Both the position numbers and the translations under genes were made by a program. Under the pieces are notes generated by a model that saw only the letters and a list, made by a program, of their open reading frames with translations, was not told where the DNA came from and did not search any database. 64,000 nucleotides of DNA from Paraspadella gotoi (taxonomy: Eukaryota > Animalia > Chaetognatha), in assembly GCA_051294375.1 (NCBI GenBank), contig CM119264.1, positions 30,166,529 through 30,230,528 of the forward strand, written 5' to 3'. Position 1 is the first letter of the stretch; every line of letters starts with the position of its first letter. Below are positions 27,091 through 39,464 of the stretch, piece by piece.

Positions 27091-27668
27091 TAAAAATCGT
27101 TGTATTGGCAAACAATAAACAATTCCTAGTAAAAAAAATAATATTTTTTACAGAAAAGAAAACTTATTGACTCTCCAATCACGTTACCCCCATTGTTTTG
27201 ATCACGTGACTGCCTTTGTTCTTATCACGTGACCGCCTAAGTATGTAATCTTGCCAGCGAATAAATGAGATTATTTGATAACATTGCTGAATTAAAAAAA
27301 AAAACATAATCAAAAAAAAACTTTGGGTTAAGGTCAGTGGGTTGATCTTTAAAGCTATGGTTAAATTGTCGTTGAGGTTTGGATTAGAAAAAAGAACTCA
27401 CTTTTTATGGACTGGAAGTTTATATTTAAAGTAAAATAATCAATTAATCAATTAATAGTTAATATGTATAAAGTTAGAGTAGACGGACACGATTACGAAT
27501 AGCTGTTTTTAGGGTTAAGATAGAGTGAGTAAAAAGGTTTATTTTAAAATTAAGATAAAGTTTGGGGTGGAAACCAGAGAAATTAATAAAATAAAACTAG
27601 AAATATTGTTTTCAGGATAAGATTCTTTATTGGTTATTTTATATTGTGAGTATATTAAAGGTTTTGAT

Positions 27669-27694
27669 GCGACTTACCACCGGTGGTAAGTCGC
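27669..27694. other. Perfect 26-bp palindrome GCGACTTACCACCGGTGGTAAGTCGC
   Basis: Directly visible. It may be the terminal hairpin of a Helitron/Helentron-type element. Confidence 0.7.
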
Positions 27695-27959
27695 CTCAGT
27701 TTAACAATTTGGAGAAAAAGATTTCGTCTGATAAAATCGCAGATAAAAAGCGGAATGTCAACTTGGAGAAAAGTAGCGGCGAAAAGCAGAGAGAGAGAGA
27801 GAGAGAGAGAGATGCAGGGAAAAGTGTTTCATGTAGTTAATCAAAGTCCGAAAGGTTAAATAACCCGGTTCCTTAATGTGGCGCTAATTTTCCCTCGACA
27901 TTTCGCGAGTTTTCGTTTTCGCCAGATGCGATTTCTGGAGCGAATATGCAAACCAATTG

Positions 27960-28164
27960 AGAGAGAGCGAGAGAGAGACGGATGGACGGAAAGACAGACA
28001 GACAAACGGACGGACGGAATTAATTTTTTTGGGCATAATTTATCATAATTCGTGGTTCTGATATGATAAAAAGGATTTACCGACAAGATTTTCGGGTGTG
28101 ACCGACGGACCGACAAAGTGGATCATAGAGTCTGAATCTGCGATAAGCAGATCCGACTTAAAAA
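27960..28164 (-). mobile_element. End of a Helentron-associated (HINE/DINE-1-like) non-autonomous element
   Basis: (GACG/GACA)n microsatellite, then GACAAAGTGGATCATAG, a hairpin AGTCTGAATCTGC-GATAA-GCAGATCCGACT (28129-28158) and an A-run. This matches the HINE terminal architecture; the other end was not located. Confidence 0.5.
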
Positions 28165-29055
28165 CCAGATTCCAAATACTGACGTCGTTAATTCTTAGAA
28201 ATCGAAAGAAAAACAAAATCGAATGAGATTCGATGGAAAAAGAGAAATTTAAGGCCGAAAATCGGGATTTTCCACAGGAGACGGGTGGCGGGGGGAAGTG
28301 GAAAATGAGTGGGGGGAAAGGGAAAAGTGTGGAAAGAGGTGGAATAGGGTTGAGGGAGGTGGGAAAAGTGAGAGATGGTCGGTGAGGGAGGGGGAAAATG
28401 TTTCGGGAAGGGGAATGTGGAAAAAGGAGTAGGAGAAGGTGGTTGAGATGGAAAAACAGGTGGGGGGAGGTGGAAAAAAGTAGAAGACGGTGGAGGGAGG
28501 GGGAAAATGAGTGGGAGAGGTGGAAAAGGAGAGTGGAAAGTTATGGAAAAGTAGAAAGAGGGGCGGATAGGGTGATCCGTTAACAAAGGCCAGCCAAGAT
28601 CCGGAGTGGATGAACCGCGTCAAAAGGTTTTGTTTGTGACCGCGAGGTGTCGCTGGCGTCGCTTTATCGCGCGTTACGGCGGAAATTCGGCCATTTTGGG
28701 TTTTTTAACGAGTTTTTTGTGATCGTTAAAAGTTTTATTCGATTCTAGAGAAAATCAAAGTTTTTTATTTCAGTTTTTTTTAGCGACGGGTCTGCCAGAA
28801 GAATCACTCTGTAGATAAAACGTTGGCAATTATTTTTGAAAATGTTAAATAAATGTTATTTGTACTAATGATAAAATATTCAAAATTCAAAATCTTAGCA
28901 AAAAACTCGCATATCACCCATAACTGTTTTTAAAAGCAAAATCTTGTAAATCTTGAAATACGTGTTTTGAGTTAGTTGAAATTTAACCATTTAAAAGCAA
29001 AATAAAACTTTTGAATTTGATACAATTTCCCATAAACCGCCGCCTTTCCCTAAAT

Positions 29056-29119
<64 letters not shown>

Positions 29120-29196
29120 CCTCCTTGCAGTTTTTACGAGTCTACGAAAAGCTCGAACCGTTAAAACTCTTGAAAAAGTCAAAAGCGGAGAATGAG

Positions 29197-29238
<42 letters not shown>

Positions 29239-29245
29239 CCTCTCT

Positions 29246-29297
<52 letters not shown>

Positions 29298-29559
29298 GCG
29301 ATGTATGCAAATGAAAGTTGACAACTCTTGCCGGCTTTACGAGTCTTGTATTCTTCTTCGGCTTCGGGGAATGCGGTTCGCTAACAAAAGGATTTTATTG
29401 CCATGCCTTTAGGCTTGAGACTTTCCCCTCTCTGACTTTTTCTTTCTCTTATTCTGCCCCTTTACACTGCCCCCTTAATGTGCCATATTATACTGCCCCT
29501 TTACACTGGCCCCTTACTCTGCAAAATTATACTGCCCCTCTCCTCCCCTTTTCTTTTCT

Positions 29560-30148
29560 CACTCGTTTTTCTCTTTCCTTTCCCTTTCCTTTTTCCTCCT
29601 ATTTCTTTCCTTTCCTCCCTTTTATTCTTTTCCTTTTATCCCCTTTCATCCCTTATTTTCCTTTCCTTTCCTCCCTTTTATACCCTTTCCTCCCTTATTT
29701 TCCTTTCCTTTCCTCCTTTTATCCCTTTTCCTCCCTTATTTTCCTTTCCTTTCCTTTCTTTTATCCCCTTTCCTCCCTTATTTTCCTTTCCTTTCCTTCC
29801 TTTTATCCCTTTTCCTCACTTATTTTCTTTTCCTTTCCTCCCATATTTTCCTTTCCTTTCCTCCATTTTATCCCCTTTTCTCCCCTATTTTCCTTTCCTT
29901 TCCTTCCTTTTATCCCCTTTTCTCCCTTATTTTCCTTTCCTTTCCTTCCTTTTATCCCCTTTCCTCCCTTATTTTCCTTTCCTTTCCTCCCTTTCATCCC
30001 TTTTTCTCCTTTCCTTTTCCTCCACTCCCATCTCTTTCCTTTTCCTCCACTCTCATCTCTTTCCTTTTCCTCCACTCTCATCTCTTTTCTTTTCCTCCAC
30101 TCTCATCCCTTTCCTTTTCCTCCACTCTCATGTCTTTCCTTTTCTTCC
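29560..30148. repeat. Pyrimidine-rich tandem repeats (intronic)
   Basis: Repeats of TTTTATCCCCTTTCCTCCCTTATTTTCCTTTCC, followed by TCCTCCACTCTCATCTCTTTCCTTT units. Confidence 0.85.
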
Positions 30149-30150
30149 AG

Positions 30151-30367
30151 CTCCTTCCGCGCCTCTCCTTTCCTCCACGACGCCGCCAAGAATTCGGCGT
30201 CGTCTTCCTCGTCATCGACGCCGATCTCCTCAGCGGCGTCGATCGAAAAGACGCCGGAAGTGGGCGTGGCAGTAGAAGCGGCGCTACGGACGTCATCTTC
30301 TCTCGCCTCGAGCGCGACAACAAATAAAGACGTGAATAAAAACCGCAAATTTCCCCGGCGGTTCGAA

Positions 30368-30403
<36 letters not shown>

Positions 30404-31841
30404 TTCAATCGACGAAGAAGGAAACGTCAACTGAAAAGATCGTCGCTCTTTCCATCGTCGTCGTCGTCGTCGTCGTCGTCGTCATCTCGCTCTGGAAAGA
30501 AGTGAGTCTCAGACTTGAATAAAACTTCAGAGAGAAAATGAGAATTAAGAAGAAAAAGAATCGCACGAACGTTTTTTTTATTTTATTACTTTGGCTTTGG
30601 AAGTTAGTGTAGTGGCCGACTACGTTAGGGAAAAGATTGAAATTAGTTCGATTAAAACGGAACTTTTTATATATATAGGAACGAGTTTAATTGGAATATT
30701 CTTTAATTAAAAAACCGGTTTGATAATTTGTTTTTTTTATTACGATTCCGAAGGTTTTCTAAATGTTACTATAATTACTATTGAATTAAATTTAGTTCGC
30801 ACTCTGCATCTAAAAATCAATAACTAAACATAACTAAACTTCACTCATTAGAAAAAAATAATTTAATTATTATTTCCCCCCCCAACCAAAATTTTACAGA
30901 TTTTCCTACACGACTCATTTCTCCGATTTTAAAGACGTTTGGTCATCGAACGAGTATCACTCTCCTTCCTCTTCCTCCTCCTCTTCTTCCTCTTCCTCCT
31001 GGAACCAACGACTCAAACTTCCCTCGCAGCCCACGCGGCCGCAGCATCTCCGCCGGCCGCAGCCTCAGCCGCTGCGGCGCGTTTCCGCCGCAGCCTCCGT
31101 CCCGGCCGCGTTGAAGGCCGCTGCCGCCGCATCCACGCCCGTCGGCGCGTCGTCGACGCAGCGCAGGAAATCAGCGTCGAAGAAGAAATCGGGAAAAGGG
31201 ATGTTGGCCACGCCCAAGATTCACAGGGGTGAGGATAGAATTGTTCGTTCGTTCGTTCGTTCGTTCGTTCGTTCGTTCGTTCGTTCGTTCGTTCGTTCGT
31301 TCGTTCGTTCCTTCATTATTTCCTTTCCTTTCCTGTCCTCTGCTTTCCTCTCCTTTCCTTTCATTTCCTTTTCTTTCCTTTCCTCTTCTTTCCTTTCATT
31401 TCATTTCATTTCATTTCATTTCATTTCATTTCATTTCATTTCATTTCATTTCATTTCACTTCATTACATTACATTACATTACATTACATTACATTACATT
31501 ACATTACATTACATTACATTACATTTCCTTTCCTTTCCTTTCCTTTCCTTTCCTTCTTCCCTTCCACCCTTTTCTATCCTTTCTCTATCTATCCCTCACC
31601 TCTTTCTAACCATCCCCCTAACCTCCATCAACCCCAACCATCCCAACTCCCCTCCATCTTCAGTCGTGGCCTCCGAAGGTTCGGGCGCCTTCTTCGAATG
31701 CGACTCCCCCGACCGCGCCGCCATCTGGATCAAACTCAAAGACTCGGGCGTCTTTGATAAAATCCTCGCCTCGGGATCCAGACCTTACGATTCGGGTCAC
31801 GTGAGGAAATACGCCTTCACGCAAAAGGGGGTCCGATACAG
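30151..31841 (+). CDS. Ig-superfamily protein, partial (exons 30151-30501, 30900-31228, 31664-31841); Dpr/DIP/lachesin-like Ig domain start after a low-complexity region
   Basis: Canonical AG/GT sites with consistent phases (AA|A, G|TC) join into an open frame ending PKIHRVVASEGSGAFFECDSPDRAAIWIKLKDSGVFDKILASGSRPY. This gives Ig strands A'-B-C (G-x-x-A-x-F-x-C...W) and the 'IL(T/A)xG..Y' pattern. An RRRRKR furin-like site lies upstream. Confidence 0.65.
31242..31560. repeat. Compound microsatellites (TTCG)n, (ATTTC)n, (ATTAC)n, (TTTCC)n within the intron
   Basis: Directly visible. Confidence 0.95.
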
Positions 31842-32205
31842 GTCAGTTTGAGGGAGGGGGGGGATTAGTCAGTTGGGGTTGGGGGGAAAAGGGTTGGGGA
31901 CGATTTGGGTTTCAAATGGACAAGTGTTGTGGCATTAAGAGTGAGGCAGTTCCTCGTAGGACGAACGCCTGTCAAGGCAAGTGTTGTGGGGAGCAGTACG
32001 TCTCTGCCTTCACGCGGTGGGAGCGGGAAGATCCTTTCGGATGGCAGAAGAGACGGGAGGCTCGAGCCAACAAGAAGGAAAAGCCGAAAGGCGGAATCCC
32101 GATCGGTTTTCTTGAGTATCGGAGTGGGACAGGCCCAGTCGCTTTGGTCACCCCCGCCTCTTTGAGAGTGAAGGAGTCCCTCGTTGGACGAATGCCTTTC
32201 TAGTC

Positions 32206-32248
<43 letters not shown>

Positions 32249-32513
32249 ACCTTGAATCTTACAATTTTACACAAGGCTTTGCCAATAAAATAACATATAT
32301 CGAAGTGAAAGCATTCACCTTCCCGCTGAATTAATAAATTAATCAACGACAAATCCAACCCTCTACTTGTCACTACGAAGCGATCACTACGGAAAACCTC
32401 TCTCTGTTTTTCGTTTTCCTCTCGCGTCGACATAAACGTCGATAATCAGTTTAATAATCGGATTTTTCTTTTTAACCGATTCGATCATGCAAAAGAATTC
32501 ATGGAATCGCTCG

Positions 32514-32547
<34 letters not shown>

Positions 32548-32747
32548 GACCGCCTCGATTCTCGTGGGATTAGAGCGAATTAAAAATGGTGATTGTTTTA
32601 GTCGAACAGGGAAAGAAAAGAAGATTAAGAGAATAAAAGATTAATTGTTGAATCCAGATTAAAAACAAAGAATATTTCAGTATTGATGAAAAACCATAAT
32701 TATAAATTATACTACGAAAAAATTTATTAATTTTTTTTCTTGCGCAA

Positions 32748-32967
32748 TAAGAGTGTCTTCAGCTGCCTCGATTTCAGGCTGACTTTCAAGATGGTGGTTT
32801 CAAATATTGTTTATTTGTCATAAATTCAAGGTGTCCGTTTCATAATAAGGTACATAATTAAATCTTTAAAAGATAAAATAGGCCACATATCATTCCATTG
32901 GTTAGACAAAGTTACAAACGGTCCTTAAAGCCGTACGACGTCGGAGGCAACTGACCCTGACTCTTAA
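32748..32967. mobile_element. Small MITE-like element (~220 bp)
   Basis: Imperfect TIRs: TAAGAGTGTCTTCAGCTGCCTCGA on the left; the right end reverse-complemented is TAAGAGTCAGGGTCAGTTGCCTCCGA. Confidence 0.45.
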
Positions 32968-34299
32968 AATTCTTTACATTTCAAAAAAAATTCAGATATT
33001 GCGCTTTCTTCTTCGTCTTTATAATCGGGAAACTTGAGACTCGGATATCGAAATTCTCTGCCATCGGACGTCGAGCCGTTCTGGCCGCTCTTGCCGCCGC
33101 GAATGCCAATACAAAGAGACTTATTATAAATTTAATGTTCCGGTTTCTATCATCGAATAATAATTAATCCAGCATTACGTAATTAAGAATTAATCCAGCA
33201 TTAACTAATGTACTAGTCCAGCGTCCATTAATAATCAATCCAGCATCAGTAATTATAAATGAAGCCCTTCCACTTTTCACTTACAATTTAACTTTTTCTC
33301 AAATAGCCTGATACTTACCCTGATACTTACCCTTAACTCACCCTTTTTTCCGACACTCCCTCCCAGTTTCCTTTTTTTCCCTTCTAAGTGAAATATTGGC
33401 TCTTTAATAGATCTTCGTTAAGCGACAGCGAATTTCGTCATCGTCGTCGTCATCAACGACGTCGTCGTTATCGTCGTCGTCGTTATCGTCGTCGTCGTTA
33501 TCGTCGTCGTCGTTTGTTTGTTGTTGTTTGTCGACTTTTTGCGTCTTCGTCGTTCGTTGTTTCACGGAATCGTGAGAGGGAGTGAGAGAGGGAGTGAGAG
33601 AGAGAGAGAGAGATTGATAATGAGGCAGTGAAATGTGAAATGGGATGACGGGGGGGAGGTGGGGGGGGGAAGATGCCCCTAATCACGATCAGGATGAAAA
33701 ATCCCTTGATCCTTTGGAGTTAATATGAGTGGCCGATTTTTAGGCAGGGCAACCTAAAGGATCATTTATTTTTGGTTTTGTTTTTATTATTAAATTAATT
33801 GATAACTATACTGTGGCAAAGTGATTCAAACAAAGCCAGAATTGAAATGAATAATTAATTATTAAAAAATGGACGGTTTAAACAATTTCACAATCATTGA
33901 CATTTGAAAGCGAGGCCGCCGGTTTGGGGGTTAGAGTTAGAATTAGGGTTAGGGTTACGGGTTGGGCTAGGAATTGGGTTAGAGATATGATTAAGTATTA
34001 GTAATAGGTTTAAGGAGGTAGAGTTAAGGATTGGGTTAAAAATAAGTTCGGGAATTAGGAACAGAAATGGGGGGCTTTGGAAAATAGCGCCAAACGAAAA
34101 ACCCAAGAATGTCTCAGCTTGAAACTTACCTGATCGAACTTTCCCTCACCAAATTTATCTGACACTTTTCCCTTCGCATTTATTATCGCCGACTGATGTC
34201 CTAACTTTTGCTTCGCAACTAGGATATTGATAATAAATTATTTTTTGGTTGATTAATCGTTTTTCTTCTTTCAACCTCACGCTAGGCCTGCTCTCTGTC

Positions 34300-34353
<54 letters not shown>

Positions 34354-36207
34354 CTCTCTCTCTCTCACTCCCTTTCCTTCCCCATCAGTGACTTTTTTCC
34401 TATCACATTCATATTTCATTTATTCCATCCACTATGATTCCCTCACCCCCTATGAAAGAGTTTCTTCTCTTCACGCCCGTAAACTCAGAAGTCCAATGTG
34501 TCGCCCGTCCAAAGAAAAACGCCAAGAGTTTTTGAAGCAAATTCTTTTATTCTCTATTTCGATTATTTAGTACAATAATAATACTTCTAAAAACCCGTAG
34601 AAATTGGCCTTCAGACGGGCCGACGATTATCTGCTTTGGTCTTTATCATGAATGACTATTTTCTAATTTTCGAGTTCAAGAAAGTTAGAAAACCAGTACA
34701 AAAAAGGATCAGTGACCATAAAATATCTGGGCTGAAATTAAAGGAATTCTTAGAGAGAAAAAGAGGGAAAGCAACAGCGAGATAACCTTTTCTACACCTC
34801 CCCTGTTCAGATCTGGGTTGGAATCGTCCTTTTCATGTACCCTTTCCTTCCTCTATACTTTTTCGATTTTCCCTCATCTTCTTTCCTTTTCTTTTTTTTC
34901 TCCGAAACGCCCCGTATCAATCCTCTGATATTTTTCATAAATATTATCTTCTTTTTCAAATTCTCTATTTTTTTTTATTCACTTTTTATCTTCCTTGAAC
35001 GGTTCCGAGTTTCCTTCCCCTCTACCCTATCCCCATCCCCACCTCCTAATCCCCTCTACCTCATCCCCACCTCCTAATCCCCTCCTCTCCTTCCACATCC
35101 CCCCCCCCTTAATCCATCCATCCTCGGGTCGCGGGATTTTTCTGATTATCTCTTTCCTTTTCCGTCACCGATTTATCGACCTTTGACCTTTGACCTCTTC
35201 TTTGGGTCGGGAAAGGAAAAAAGGAAAGAGGGGGAGAAGGGGAGGGAGAGGGGGTCTAGGAAAAGAGGAAGAGGGAAGAGGGCGAGTGACCGGATTGGAA
35301 GAGGGGTGGGGCAGAGAAAGGTAAAAGTAGGAGGGAAGGAATCTCGAAGCTGGGAAAGGCGGGCCACTCTGTTTCCAAAGCGTCGCATTTCAACTTAAAT
35401 TTAGAATTAAGTTTTATTTTAGATTTGATGATTTGGTTACGGGTTAGGTATAAAAAGTAGGTTAGGGATTGGGGTTAGGAAAAAAGGTTAGGGATTAGGC
35501 TTAAAGATTAGGGATTAGGGTTAGGGATTTGGTTAGTTTTTATGAGGGTTTATGGCATCGCAGGAAACTGATTGATCATGTAGCTTGTCTCGCTTGTCTC
35601 GTCTGGCTTTTCTGACTTTTCTTCTCTCTCGACCAATCAGAGAGGAGGCTTCTCTCTCGACCAATCAGAGAGGTGGCTTCCCTCACGGAATCGACAGGAA
35701 AAAGATGAGAGAAGAAACGAGGCAATCTTCAACTCACCCTCAAGAAACTAACATCAAAATTCCCAAGTTTATTAACGATTTACTCTGTATTTTGAACCAT
35801 CGTTTTAATCATCATAATCTCCTTCAATTATTATTATCTCCTAATTTATTTGTATAAATAAAACTCCTCTAAATTATTCGTAATAAACAAATCCTACTTC
35901 CTTCGTTGATGGTTCATGATTAGAAAATACAATTAAAGATTAGGTTTTGGATTAGGCCGGAGTTAAGGATAATAGTTAGGGATTATATTAAACTTTGTTA
36001 AAAAAATCTTAGAGTTAAAATTAAGTTTATGAATTAGGAATGTATATGGGTCGCTTTCGGAAAATAGTACCGAAAAACGATCGATCCGGGAACTGGACGA
36101 GGGCGGGGGTAAGGTGCTGACGACGACGACGACGACGACGTCGACGAGATAACTGTTATCGGATTTCGAAGTTTCTCCTTTCCTCTCTCTCTCTCTCTCT
36201 CTTCTCA

Positions 36208-36247
<40 letters not shown>

Positions 36248-36358
36248 TTGTTCCCCCGCCCCCCCCTCTCTCTCTCCGCCTGGTCGGGAGTGATAACGAT
36301 TTAATTCAATTTCCTGCCACGCGCACGCGTTCCGGAATTCCTAATAATATTCTTTCTC

Positions 36359-36418
<60 letters not shown>

Positions 36419-36718
36419 CTTCTCTCTTGTTTTTTTTTTCGAGGTTATGTGTTCTCACGGTCTCACGGTTGATATTAGGCGTCGAAGCTTTTGTCATCGA
36501 TTTTTTGTCTTTTTATTTAAAACTTAATTTTTATTTAATTTTCACTTCATTTCGAATTCATACTTTTTTTTCCATATTTGTTTAATTTTTTAAATTATGT
36601 TTTTTTTTTTTTTATTTTAAATTTCCCCTAAACGCTGCTCGCTTCGTTATGTCTCAATTAAGTATTATTTTTTTCGGGTACGATATACAAAGAAACGATA
36701 TTGTCTTTACCCTAGTCC

Positions 36719-36779
<61 letters not shown>

Positions 36780-36826
36780 AATCATCATCATCATCAAAAC
36801 TACCGTGACATTTCTAAGTTTCACTA

Positions 36827-36857
<31 letters not shown>

Positions 36858-37124
36858 AAGTTTAAATCGTCCTTCTGAACTTTATCGTCGTCGTCGTCAT
36901 CGCCGCTGCGGTCCTGCCCCCCCCCATGATCGTCGTCTCCGTCGGTTATTGCCTTGCCCCTTTCCTGCAGCGCCCCGCCCTTCATCCACGCTCCCGCGTC
37001 ATCAACGGTCGAGGATTCCATTTCTCTTCGTTTCCGCTTCCTTCTGCTTTTGACTTCTGCTTTTGTATGACCGATTAAGCCGCTGATTAACTTTCTTTGT
37101 TCCTTCTTTTTCCGACCTCCCGAC

Positions 37125-37211
<87 letters not shown>

Positions 37212-37282
37212 TCTTCCCTCTCACTCATTGCGGACTCATTCGTTGCCGTCTCTTGCGCCGCCCGCCGGTTTTAAAAACTTCA

Positions 37283-37391
<109 letters not shown>

Positions 37392-37525
37392 TCTCTTATT
37401 CTTTTTATTTTCCTCTCTCTCCTTTTGTTCTTCTCCTCTTTTTTTCCTTTGCCTGACGAGGGCGCGCTGGTAATTAGAAACGCAAAGCCTTCAATTTCTT
37501 TCGTTGTCTCTCTCTCCTCTCTTCT

Positions 37526-37600
<75 letters not shown>

Positions 37601-38504
37601 AATTCTTTTTTTATCTTTCTCACTCTTTCTCTCTCTCTCTCCTCTCTCTGGGAGGCGAGAGGGCTGAGCTGAGCGCCGACGCGAATCCTGGCGGGAATTA
37701 CGGATGTCGTGCGGCGGCGTCGGCGGCGGCTGCGGCGGCGGCGTCGGCGGGCGGCTTGCGTAAAAACCGGAAAGAGGAGGCCGTCGAGTGGAATCGACGG
37801 TTGAAGTCTTTCGGTGGCAAAAGTTAACAGGGAAAATATTTTTTGACTTCGATCTTTGTGTCAGAGATATTGTGTTTTGGCAGGAAATGTTAGGAAAGAG
37901 GTTTTTCTTGAAATCACTGTGACCGTAAATGGTGTTTGGCGGGAAATACACTGTGCAAGTGACGATGAGAGTGAAATGTTTTCGCAAGGAAGCGAAGAGC
38001 TTAGACTTTTCTGATGGAAGTTTTACGCAAAACGCGATGACATCTTTAAATCCCTGAATCAGGAATAAAAAAATCGTTAAAACTGACTATTTGTAAAATC
38101 TTTTTAGGAATCGATGAATGATGGAAAATGTGCAATGACTATTGCAAGATGATTGGGTTGGATATTTATTAATAGAACATTAACTCTTGAATAAAATCCT
38201 GCTACTTGGGAAACGAACACAAAACTTGAGAAGTGATTAGGCATTATGATTGAAGTGACAAATTCCGGTGAAATAAGTTCTGTGAAACGTTTGTGGCCTC
38301 CGACTGAGAAGAAGCGATGTGAATCGTGAAACCAGATGCTTCTTCACCTGCGTCTTGGTATCAAGGGTGATCCTGCGGTTCTTAGACGCTTGGGGATATT
38401 CAAACGTTTCACAGTCAATCACTATTTCACGATTTCCATTCCACAGAACAAGAAGTCGTGTTGTAACTGTGAGTTCGGGCGTGGAATGAAGGCGAAAAGT
38501 ACTG

Positions 38505-38574
<70 letters not shown>

Positions 38575-38768
38575 TCTCTTCTTCTGTCGTTGGTCTAGAT
38601 TTACGATCTCCTCCCCCAACATCTAAGGTGCCATTCCCCGTTTGAGATTCGATTAAATTCTTTTCCTTCTTTTCTTCGCATAACGAAAAAAAGTCATTAT
38701 CGGGGAGGCGCGTTTTTTCTACGAGAGAGAGAGAGAGGAGAGAAGAGAGGGAGAGAGAGGAGGAGAGA

Positions 38769-38815
<47 letters not shown>

Positions 38816-39464
38816 ACGCCAAAAGAGAGGCAGCGAAATTAAAAAGAATAAAAGTGAAAAGAGAGAGAGATGAGAGAGAGACGAGAGAGAGAGAGAGACG
38901 ACGAGAGAGAGAGAGAGAGACAGAGAGAGAGAGAAAAGGAGAGAGAGAGAGGAGAGAGACTCCATAATATATTAACTCGTGGAACCAGCGACGACGACGC
39001 ACGACGACGACGACGACGAGAACGACAACTGAACAGGATTCTGTACAAAAGCGGATTGTGACAGTCATGTGCGAAAAAAAAACTCCATTCATTCTTCACA
39101 CGCTCGGTAAATCACCTACAATACTATATATCAGCTTAGGTTCTAATAATATTTAACTGAATCGATTTAACCGCAAAACCAACTTACATTTTATTTGTTA
39201 AAAATTGGCTTCGGAATTTATATCCAAATGATATTTTTTTCTATCCCAACCGCTAGAGTAAAGCCAAAACGAGACAACGTCTCCACTTTTTTTTCCGCGT
39301 CCAAACGTCAGCGCCACGAATTTTCTAGCGGCGGAAAACGGAAACGAAATAAAATCCACAAAACAAAATAGACCCTTGAGAATTTGTTGGGAGGAGGAGA
39401 AAAAGAAAAGCGTCTTTGTCGTTGGCGGGAAAGTTTTTCTCGTATAAAAAAGAAAGATCGAAGG

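Larger units (their letters stand above)
26301..27127. mobile_element. Fold-back non-autonomous Penelope-like element B with TSD
   Basis: Near-perfect inverted arms 26339-26575 and 26880-27128, each with a hammerhead and an AG/CT microsatellite. Flanked by an identical 13-bp direct repeat AGTAAAAAAAATA (26288-26300 and 27128-27140). Confidence 0.8.

Noticed and set aside
37453-37485. CTGACGA...GAAAC as another hammerhead
   Set aside because: No stem II pairing and no NUH/stem I. The other CTGANGA hits I noticed (21137, 22816, 40805, 48078) also lack the structure.
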